Source: Bacillota bacterium
GTDB lineage: Bacteria; Bacillota; Clostridia; Christensenellales; CAG-138
Length of the DNA stretch: 63,839 nt
Assembly (NCBI GenBank): GCA_023399275.1
Contig: JAEWQH010000052.1
Coordinates: 1-63,839 of the forward strand
Reading direction: 5' to 3'
The notes under the pieces were generated by a model. The model ran no database searches, was not told the origin of the DNA, and saw nothing but the letters and a program-made list of their open reading frames with translations. The position numbers were made by a program, and so were the translations under genes. Positions 56,674-63,839 of the stretch are shown here, piece after piece. The first letter of the stretch is position 1. Every line of letters starts with the position of its first letter.

Positions 56674-57729
56674 TCAATCCAGAATGATGCCCCAGCCCTT
56701 GATGATGCGGTTCGGTTTGACATAGCCCGTCTCGTTTTGGTAGGCGATCTTCGTCCATCCGTCCTCCGTCGTCTCCAGCACTTGAATGGAGACGCGCGCC
56801 GGCGCCTTGACGATCTGCTCGGCATCCAAGCTCGGCTCGGCATAGAGCCACTCCGTCGAGCGAAGCAGATCCGCATCCTCCCGGGTGTCCATCTCGCCCT
56901 CACGGTAAGAGATGTAGCCGCGCAGGACATACCCCTCCTTCTCGCCAAAGCGTACCTTCACCCAGACCTCGCTGTCGAGCAGCACCTCCAGCTCGTCCCC
57001 CACGGCCAGCCGGGCTACGCTGTCAAAGCCGTTTCCGCTGCCCTTACGCATGCGCGCGCCCTCCACCGTGACCCAAGCGCGCGGGTTCGGCAGCTCCGCC
57101 GCTTCGTCTACAATGGTCTTTTGAAATGCGTCGTATTCGGCAAACGACATCTCGCTCTTCAGCGCGCGTTTGAGGTCGCGGTTGCTCGGCTCGGTTGCGC
57201 TGATCTCTATCGTCGTCCCCGGACAGGCGTAGTAGTACAGCCACCGGGCATCCTCCACATACAGCCGCACACAGCCGTGGGACACCTTCGAGCCCATGTC
57301 GCTGTAGGGCTTTCGCTTGAGTGAATCCACCGAGCGTTCGCCAAAGAGCAGCGAGTGGAAGTAGATGCTGCCCACGATCTGCACCCAGTAGCGCGCATAT
57401 TCGCCGCCAAAGTTGGCGAACTTGCCAAAGCGCTCCCGCCCGCCGATCTTCCAGATGCCGCGCGGCGTTGGCGTAGCCTCATCCTCCGGGTCCGCCTCAT
57501 CCACGTCCGTGCGCCCGCTCGAGCAGAGAAACCGGCGCACCACCTTTGTATACTCGCCGTTTTCGTCCTTTTCAAACACGGTGACGATCTGATTTTTCAG
57601 ATCGAGCAGGATATAGTATTTTTCCGGATCGTCGTTTTTCAACTCGTCCATCGCCCGCGTCCGCCCCGGCATCAGCAGCACCGAACAAAGCGCCACCGCG
57701 GCGCAGAGCATCCCGACGAACCTTCGCAC
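56674..57729 (-). CDS. L,D-transpeptidase (YkuD) with C-terminal SH3-like repeats
   Basis: Catalytic SHGCVRL motif and an N-terminal signal/anchor. The likely start is GTG 57729, behind GGGAGGG, rather than ATG 57744. Confidence 0.85.
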   Translation of the reverse strand: MRRFVGMLCAAVALCSVLLMPGRTRAMDELKNDDPEKYYILLDLKNQIVTVFEKDENGEYTKVVRRFLCSSGRTDVDEADPEDEATPTPRGIWKIGGRERFGKFANFGGEYARYWVQIVGSIYFHSLLFGERSVDSLKRKPYSDMGSKVSHGCVRLYVEDARWLYYYACPGTTIEISATEPSNRDLKRALKSEMSFAEYDAFQKTIVDEAAELPNPRAWVTVEGARMRKGSGNGFDSVARLAVGDELEVLLDSEVWVKVRFGEKEGYVLRGYISYREGEMDTREDADLLRSTEWLYAEPSLDAEQIVKAPARVSIQVLETTEDGWTKIAYQNETGYVKPNRIIKGWGIILD

Positions 57730-57820
57730 GATCTTCCCTCCCATGATAAGCGGATGCGCGGGATCGGCTCAAATCCGCCGGTCCCGCGCAAATTTTGTTT
57801 TATCTCCTCCGCGCCGCGGC

Positions 57821-60097
57821 TTAGAACACGCGGTATGCGCAGATGAAGTGCTTGGTCCAGTATCCGCCGGACTTGAGTACGGAGGAGGACTGGCGCACCT
57901 TGCCCTCGGAGGAACTGGCGTCGATCATCTTCCCGCTGCCGAGATAGATGCCCACGTGGCCGGTCGAGTCGGTCTCACCGGAAAACACGAGGATATCGCC
58001 GCGCTCAATCGAGCTCATGCTCGTAATACGCTGGTAGCGCGACGTCGAGCGCCAGGCGATGGACGTCATGTAGCTCGTGCTCACGCCCGCGTTCTTGAGG
58101 CACCAGTAGACGAATCCCGAGCAATCGAAGGTATTCGGCCCCTTTGCACCGCGCACATATTTGCTGCCGATCTTGCTCTGCGCGAGGTCCACGAGCTTTT
58201 CCACGCCGGTCTTGTTGGACGCGCTGCTGCCGGAGCTGCCGGAGCTGCTGCTCGAGCCGCTCGACGACGAGCTGCCCTTTGACCCGCTGGAGGACTCCTT
58301 ACTGCTCGACGGCGAAGAGGATGCCTTTTTCGCGCTCGAGGAGTTCATCATGGTCAGCGTCACGCTGCCCACCTTGCCGTCCTGCGTCAAGCCGGAGCGC
58401 TTTTGGAACGCCTTGACCGCATCCTCGGTGATCTCGCCGAAGTAGCCCGTTGCATTCGCGCTGGAGAGATAGTTGAGCTTGGCAAGGCGCTGCTGCATGT
58501 TCTTCACATCCGTGCCGTAATCACCGAGTTGCAGCACCATCGCCTGCGCATCACCCGAGAGAAGCAAATCGCGCGTTACGGGGCCGAGCGCGCCATCCCG
58601 CGTCAAACCGTTTGCCTGCTGAAAGGCCTTGATGGCGGAGACCGTAGCCTTCCCCATCACGCCGTCCGGCTTAAAGGTAATGTAGCCGAGCTTTTTGAGC
58701 GCGACCTGGCAATCGTAAATCACCTGGTTTTCATCACCGAGGGTAAAGGCATTGCCGACCACATCCTCGCCGTAAAGCATCTCCAAGGTCTTCGATCCGA
58801 CTTTGCCGTCCGCAGTCAGGTCGTTTTTCTTTTGAAAAGCCTTTACGGAGACCTCGGTCTTTTCGCCGAACGTACCGAGGATATTCGCCTTGTTATCGAG
58901 GTACCCCAGCTCATAGAGCCGCTGTTGAACGCCCTCGACATCCGCGCCGGAGTCGCCCAACTGCATGACATAGACCTTTGCTTCCTCGTTCATGAGCGCA
59001 GTATAGGTCTCCTGCCCGCAAATTCCGTCCTCCAAAAGGCCGTTGTGCCGCTGAAAGCTCTTGAGCGCGCTCTGCGTCAGAGAGCCGAAGTGCTCCGTCG
59101 GCTCGTCGGAGTCCATATATCCGAGCTCCATCAGTCGGGTCTGGATCGTGGCGATGAGCGGATCGTCGTCCCCCGATTTCAACTCGCTGGTGAACACCGC
59201 TTCCGCCGTAGACTCGGTCGTACTCGTCTTGGTGGTCTGCTCGGCAGTTTCGGTATCTGTCGAGACCGTGCCGTCCGCCGTCGCATCGCCATCCGTCTGG
59301 GTGCCGTCGATCGTCGCGTTTTCCAGCGCGGTCTGCTCAGCCTCCAGCGCCGTAAAGGCAGCCAGTTGCTCGCCCTCATCCGCCTTGGTGTTTTTCCCCG
59401 GCAGCGTAATGGCCAGGATGATCACCGCAATGAGGAGTACGCCAAACGCGCCGCTGCCGATGAGGAGCGTACGCTGCGGCAGCTTCATCAGAAAGGCGTA
59501 GAACTTGCGAATCCCGAGGTATACGCCCCGCGCGGCAAACCGCAGCGCGGTGAGGAGCGCTTTTTTTACTTTGTCCAGCGTGCTACGCGCCGCCGCGGCT
59601 CCGTCTTTGGGTAGCAACGAAGCGCTCTTTTCGGCGGACGCGGCAACCTCCGTCTCCGGCAGGTCCTCCACCTGAACCAGCTTTGCTCCGAATGCCTGTA
59701 GCTGCCTGCCGAGCTTTTTGAGGGTTCGCTTGAGCTTGAATTTCTTTTTTTTCTTTGGAGCGGCTGTCGCCGCGTAGCGGGATTCGTAGGTGTCCCTTGC
59801 GGATGTCTTCCGCGCGGCCTGCGTCTCTTTTTTCTGCGCGGCTTGCGCAGTTTTCTTCTGCGCCGTCATGCGCGCTGTACGCGTTTCATCCGTTCGTGCG
59901 CCTGCGCTCTTTGACGCGGCGGCCATATGCGCTGCACCCTTTGCCGTGCGGCGTTCGCCACCGGAGGCAGCCGCCCGCGCGGACTTCTGCGGTGCCGCGG
60001 GAGCTTTCCCCCGCGCTGCGCCGCTGCGCCCGGTCCGGTCTTTTTGCGCGGAGCTCGCCTTTGTGCGCTTTCGTTCAATACTGGGGTCAGTAGGCAC
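57821..60097 (-). CDS. NlpC/P60 (C40) cell-wall peptidase with four PG_binding_1 repeats
   Basis: FDCSGFVYWC...GHVGIYLG catalytic Cys/His. Four repeats of about 55 aa (LGY...G.FG..T..A.K.FQ...GL..DG). A Ser-rich linker, a Lys/Ala-rich N-terminal tail and one TM. GTG start at 60097 behind AGGAG. Confidence 0.85.
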   Translation of the reverse strand: MPTDPSIERKRTKASSAQKDRTGRSGAARGKAPAAPQKSARAAASGGERRTAKGAAHMAAASKSAGARTDETRTARMTAQKKTAQAAQKKETQAARKTSARDTYESRYAATAAPKKKKKFKLKRTLKKLGRQLQAFGAKLVQVEDLPETEVAASAEKSASLLPKDGAAAARSTLDKVKKALLTALRFAARGVYLGIRKFYAFLMKLPQRTLLIGSGAFGVLLIAVIILAITLPGKNTKADEGEQLAAFTALEAEQTALENATIDGTQTDGDATADGTVSTDTETAEQTTKTSTTESTAEAVFTSELKSGDDDPLIATIQTRLMELGYMDSDEPTEHFGSLTQSALKSFQRHNGLLEDGICGQETYTALMNEEAKVYVMQLGDSGADVEGVQQRLYELGYLDNKANILGTFGEKTEVSVKAFQKKNDLTADGKVGSKTLEMLYGEDVVGNAFTLGDENQVIYDCQVALKKLGYITFKPDGVMGKATVSAIKAFQQANGLTRDGALGPVTRDLLLSGDAQAMVLQLGDYGTDVKNMQQRLAKLNYLSSANATGYFGEITEDAVKAFQKRSGLTQDGKVGSVTLTMMNSSSAKKASSSPSSSKESSSGSKGSSSSSGSSSSSGSSGSSASNKTGVEKLVDLAQSKIGSKYVRGAKGPNTFDCSGFVYWCLKNAGVSTSYMTSIAWRSTSRYQRITSMSSIERGDILVFSGETDSTGHVGIYLGSGKMIDASSSEGKVRQSSSVLKSGGYWTKHFICAYRVF

Positions 60098-60302
60098 GTT
60101 TAGACTCCTTTCGGCTCGCAGCAATTTTGCCGCCGCCTATCCATCCAAATCCTGTGTCATGCTGATGATAGCAATCCATCTTTGGGTTTCGTCTCCCAGC
60201 GCCGCCGGTAGACAGCGCCCGATCCTGAAACATGCTGAGTATAGCAACCAATCGTGTCATTTGGTTGAACAATTTTTTAAGATTCGTTAAATCCGACATT
60301 GT

Positions 60303-61340
60303 TCAACTATCGTAGTATTCCCCGCGGCGATAGTCATAGATGGCCGCGTTGTATTTTTTCAGATCATCCAGCACGCGCCCTGTTCCGATGGCCACGCAGG
60401 AGACCGGATCCTCCGCGATCCGGCAGGGGACGTTCGTGCGCTCCGTGACGTACCGGTCGAATCCGGCGAGCAATGCGCCCCCGCCGGTGACCACGATGCC
60501 TGCGCTTGCTATGTCGCTCGCCAGCGACGGCGGCGTACGCTCCAACAGAGCGCGCACCCGCCCCATGATGGCCGAGAGCGGCTCGCTCAGCGCGTCCACC
60601 ATCTCGTTGGTGCCGATCGGAATCGCCTCCGGCTGTCCCGTAACGACATTTCTGCCTCGAACCTCTATGACGCGCTGTTCTTTTTCAATATGCGCGCGCC
60701 CGTAAGCGATCTTGATGTCCTCCGCGTTGCGCTCGCCGATGTAGAGGCTGTGTTTCCGCTTCATATAGCCGCGCAGCGCCTCGTCAAACTTATCCCCCGC
60801 CATCTTGATGGAATCGGAGATCACGGTTGCACCGCGTGAAATCACCGCGATATCCGTCGTCCCGCCGCCGATGTCGAGCACCATGTGTCCGGACGCGCTG
60901 TTGATATCGAGCCCTGCGCCGATGGCCGCGGCGATCGGCTCCTCGATGAGATAGCTGTAGCGCGCGCCTGCCTCGTTTGATGCTTCGATAACGCAGCGCT
61001 TCTCCGCCTCCGTCACCCCCGAGGGCACGCAGACCAACGCGCGAGGCCGGTAGAGCAGCCGCGTTCCAACCACCTTTTGAAAAAAGTAGCGCAGCATGCG
61101 CGCCGTCACGTCAAAGTTGGAGATAACGCCGTCACGCAGCGGCCGAATGACAACGATGTCCGCCGGTTCACGGCCCATAAGCTTGCGCGCTTCTTCACCG
61201 ATGGCCGTAATGCGGCCGGTGACACGCTCCACCGCGACGACGGACGGCTCCTTGAGTACGATCCCCTTGCCCTTGACGAAGACCAGCGTCGAGGATGTCC
61301 CGAGGTCGATCCCGATATCGGATGTGTCAAACAAACCCAT
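60303..61340 (-). CDS. mreB: rod-shape-determining protein MreB
   Basis: Actin-fold motifs IGIDLGTS and DIGGGTTD. Start trimmed to ATG 61340 behind GGAGGCAGGAG. Confidence 0.9.
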   Translation of the reverse strand: MGLFDTSDIGIDLGTSSTLVFVKGKGIVLKEPSVVAVERVTGRITAIGEEARKLMGREPADIVVIRPLRDGVISNFDVTARMLRYFFQKVVGTRLLYRPRALVCVPSGVTEAEKRCVIEASNEAGARYSYLIEEPIAAAIGAGLDINSASGHMVLDIGGGTTDIAVISRGATVISDSIKMAGDKFDEALRGYMKRKHSLYIGERNAEDIKIAYGRAHIEKEQRVIEVRGRNVVTGQPEAIPIGTNEMVDALSEPLSAIMGRVRALLERTPPSLASDIASAGIVVTGGGALLAGFDRYVTERTNVPCRIAEDPVSCVAIGTGRVLDDLKKYNAAIYDYRRGEYYDS

Positions 61341-61561
61341 GCAATCTCCTGCCTCCGCGTGGTTCAAACAGACATATCGAACCTATGATACCAATTGATT
61401 TTATCATGGGATGGTATCCCGGGCAATCAAACAAACTGTGAACGGAATATGAATACCTGCCGCCGCAACCTGATGCGCAATAAGAATATCGATTGGTTGC
61501 TCAAAGGAAACAACCTGGTCCGGTTTTCGGGGGCTAGATCAGCCACTTGAATGCATAAGGT

Positions 61562-61666
61562 AAGCGCATCCACAGGGGAAAGGTAACCAAGGGACTTTTG
61601 AATCCTCTTTGGGTTGTAGAATCGCTCGATGAAATCAGAGACTGCTTGGCGCGCCTGCTCTCGGGT
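61562..61666 (-). pseudogene. C-terminal remnant of an IS3-family transposase (integrase-core tail)
   Basis: TREQARQAVSDFIERFYNPKRIQKSLGYLSPVD matches the ...YN..R.H.ALGY.SP.. tail of IS3 OrfB. There is no catalytic DDE region and the upstream residues are unrelated. Confidence 0.5.
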
Positions 61667-61901
61667 GAGGTTTACATGATTTCCGATACGCTTTCTTTTT
61701 TCACATCCTCCTTGTTTCATTTGACGTCTATACGCTATCGTATTTATGTTTATGTCAAGACATTAGCATGATAGCGTCAGCAGCCGCTCTCCTGATTCCA
61801 AATTTTGGAGTGCATCTGTTTGAAAGATTGAAAACCCAAAACAGTTGAGATATATTATATCTATTACAAAATAATCGAAATCTTTATTCCGAGGTAATGA
61901 G

Positions 61902-63182
61902 ATGAAAATCGTCCATTTATTCTCCCGATACTTGATTTTACTCTTTTCGCTTATCTTGATAGGATCGTTTTTATTATTAACGGCCGGATTACTTCCGCAA
62001 AAACGAGTTGAAACAAATGTTCTATATTCTTTGAATCAATTAGAGGCTGAATTAAGCACGAATAACACGTGTATTCTGGATAATGAAAACTGGGCATGTA
62101 AGCTAGACGTATATACTGATTATTACATCGTTAACCAGAGTTACTATATGAACACACTGAAAGACCCTGCTTCCGTTTTAACCAATTCGCAACAAACCGG
62201 CGGCGTCACAGCGTTTCGTACCGCCATAGAACAGCAAAAAGATCCAAATGAAACCTATCCGCGTTATTGGGGTGGATTTCGTGTCACGGCCAGGTGGCTT
62301 CTGACATTTTTTACCTATACACAGATTCGCCGTATTATAAGCATCGTTTTTATTCTGCTTGCGGGTGGAACCGCCATGTACCTGCATACTCGCACAAAAT
62401 GCACTGCGGGCGCGCTTTCGTTTTTATTGACACTCGGCTTGCTATACCCCTCGATTATCACAGCTTTGCTTCAGTATTCGTGTTGCTTTTTAATCGCGAT
62501 GGCAGGAATACTCTTACTCCCCAAAAGAGAATATAAGTACTTGACCTATTCAATGTATTTTTTTATTCTAGGGGCCATAACGCAGTTTTTCGATTTCTAT
62601 ACAACACCAATTCTTACTTTCGGGTTTCCGATGCTTGCCCTTCTTTTTATTAATCAACAAGAGTCTCCGCAGATATCTGCAAAACAGATGTGCCGTCTCA
62701 GTGGACGCGGATTTGTTGGCTGGTTGGTTGGCTATATTTTGATGTGGATCGGAAAACTATCGCTTACGACAATTTTTACGGAGTTTAACGCATTGGGCGA
62801 TGGGTTCAGCGCAGCGCGCGATCGGATATTTTTCAGTACTGGAAACGTGGACAGTTCGTTCGTCTATCGGATAGGCTTAGTAATATGGCGTGTATTCATT
62901 AGGGTGTTTGATAAACCTATTTATATTTTACTGTCTGCGATCGGCACGTTTATTGTCTGGTTGCTTCTGTTCATAATGCGGAAGAAAACGAAAAAAGACC
63001 TGGTATCGTCAAGCATATATCTAGCTGTTGCATGTTTACCGCTTGTTTGGTTCGTCGTTGTATCCGGTCCTACCATACAAGCTTCTTGGTTTCAATACCG
63101 AGGAATGGGCGTATTCCTTTTCGGTGTTCTTCTGTTTGTAATCCAATCAACAAAAAAGCAAGCAAAAGATATACCTCTATGA
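61902..63182 (+). CDS. polytopic membrane protein of unknown function (low-GC cargo gene)
   Basis: 426 aa. One TM, a loop of about 110 aa (contains YPRYWGG), then about 9 TM helices. GAGG SD. Sampled lines are about 38% GC, against 60-75% in the rest of the window. Confidence 0.6.
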   Translation: MKIVHLFSRYLILLFSLILIGSFLLLTAGLLPQKRVETNVLYSLNQLEAELSTNNTCILDNENWACKLDVYTDYYIVNQSYYMNTLKDPASVLTNSQQTGGVTAFRTAIEQQKDPNETYPRYWGGFRVTARWLLTFFTYTQIRRIISIVFILLAGGTAMYLHTRTKCTAGALSFLLTLGLLYPSIITALLQYSCCFLIAMAGILLLPKREYKYLTYSMYFFILGAITQFFDFYTTPILTFGFPMLALLFINQQESPQISAKQMCRLSGRGFVGWLVGYILMWIGKLSLTTIFTEFNALGDGFSAARDRIFFSTGNVDSSFVYRIGLVIWRVFIRVFDKPIYILLSAIGTFIVWLLLFIMRKKTKKDLVSSSIYLAVACLPLVWFVVVSGPTIQASWFQYRGMGVFLFGVLLFVIQSTKKQAKDIPL

Positions 63183-63253
63183 CGATAAAATGACCATCCT
63201 GTATAACACACAAGATGGTCAATCTACCTTCCCTATCGAGCAAAATAGTTTGC

Positions 63254-63718
63254 CTAAGGGTCAGTTGGTGGAGCACCTGCAACCATGCGTGAACACTCAA
63301 ATTCCTCGTTATCCGCTTCAATTTCATCCAGCAGGATGTCGTCAATAACGATGGGCTTGTCTCCACCGTTTAGAATGAGCGTGAAGCGGTCATCCTTGAG
63401 ATAAATGGAATGGAGGAATATATTGATAATTCCGCGTTGGTTGTTTTCATCGTTGAGATTTCCACTTTTGAGTGAATGCAGGAAGTTATATATCTGCGCT
63501 TCGGTGTATACGATATCTTTGCCCATTTCTATGGCAAGCTGTGTCTGGACTTCTTCTTTCTCCTGCTTGCGTTTCTCAATTCGATCGGTAATCATCTCCG
63601 CTGACTGGCCGCTCTCCAAAGCCTTCCAAAGATTTTCAATGGCGGTGTCTACTTCTTTAAGCGAATCCTTTGAATATGTCGGCGCCGTTAGACACCGAGA
63701 GTCGGCGTGGTTAGACAC
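63254..63718 (-). pseudogene. 5'-truncated large serine recombinase (C-terminal coiled-coil/tail fragment only)
   Basis: EVDTAIENLWKALESG...IINIFLHSIYLKDDRFTLILNGG...GAPP resembles the C-terminal ~130 aa of large serine recombinases. No resolvase catalytic or zinc-ribbon region is present. The frame is closed by TAA at 63755-63757. Confidence 0.6.
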
Positions 63719-63761
63719 TTGCGTCGGTGAAATTGGACAGTTGCGTCGGCGAGATTAGACA
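63678..63761. repeat. four phased direct repeats (17-bp core, 22-23-bp register)
   Basis: Plus-strand units are GTCGGCGCCGTTAGACA (63678), GTCGGCGTGGTTAGACA (63701), GTCGGTGAAATTGGACA (63723) and GTCGGCGAGATTAGACA (63745). The minus-strand consensus is TGTCTAAnnnCGCCGAC. Confidence 0.8.
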
Positions 63762-63839
63762 TTGACTGCGTGTTGATCGAATGTTACGCTCAAACTGCTT
63801 TTTCTCATGCAGAGGATAGGGCAACGCTGGAGAGCGACC

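Noticed and set aside
60098-60302. A c-di-AMP (ydaO-type) riboswitch in front of the NlpC/P60 gene, considered because such riboswitches control cell-wall hydrolases and the leader has two similar halves.
   Set aside because: I could not find the conserved ydaO elements (ACGGGGA/CCCA-type boxes, CCGAAUCC, CAGCUAAC-like 3' segment). The similarity is only conceptual. It is reported solely as an unexplained duplicated element.
61341-61901. An inverted copy of the TGTCTAAnnnCGCCGAC unit that would mark the opposite end of a Tn7/Mu-like element spanning the low-GC segment.
   Set aside because: No such copy was visible by eye between mreB and the cargo gene. The transposon-end reading therefore remains only one hypothesis, and the partner, if any, lies outside the window.
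1-63839. rRNA, tRNA, tmRNA, RNase P, group II intron, reverse transcriptase (retron/DGR), toxin-antitoxin or known defence-system genes.
   Set aside because: No intergenic region showed cloverleaf-like or otherwise recognisable RNA-gene features by eye, and no ORF showed RT, Cas, nuclease-NTPase or classic TA motifs. A covariance-model scan would be needed to exclude small RNAs.

Overview
This is a 63.8-kb segment of a high-GC Firmicutes (Clostridia-type) chromosome. The lineage call rests on gene content: T-box leader, CdaA/GdpP c-di-AMP enzymes, an LCP protein, pgsA-cinA-recA synteny and yybS-gdpP-rplI-dnaB synteny. I call about 54 protein-coding genes, nearly all core or housekeeping. Left to right: cdaA-cdaR; three exported phosphoesterases; an ABC exporter; nadE; hflX; T-box-controlled cysE-cysS; proS; ftsK-rimO-pgsA-cinA-recA; sulfur/one-carbon genes; galK; a GH13 enzyme; yybS-gdpP-rplI-dnaB; GH3/pepF; and a cell-wall cluster (LCP, L,D-transpeptidase, NlpC/P60, mreB). 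I saw no rRNA, tRNA or CRISPR array by eye. The last ~2.5 kb (from ~61.4 kb) drops abruptly to low GC. It holds an IS3-type transposase remnant, a polytopic membrane-protein cargo gene, a 5'-truncated large serine recombinase, and four phased 17-bp direct repeats. I did not find a convincing multi-gene novel system. The best leads are single-gene architecture oddities: a JAMM/MPN-like domain fused to HflX, an orphan protein with a PARP-like H-Y-E motif order, an E2/CAT-like acyltransferase lacking the catalytic His, and a Cys-rich tail on CysE. The repeat array and island at the right edge are a further lead. Many long ORFs in the track are antisense shadow ORFs typical of GC3-rich genomes and were rejected. 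CDS coordinates come from ORF-track arithmetic. Hand-indexed motif coordinates may be off by 1-2 nt. All family assignments are motif or memory based, with no database search.
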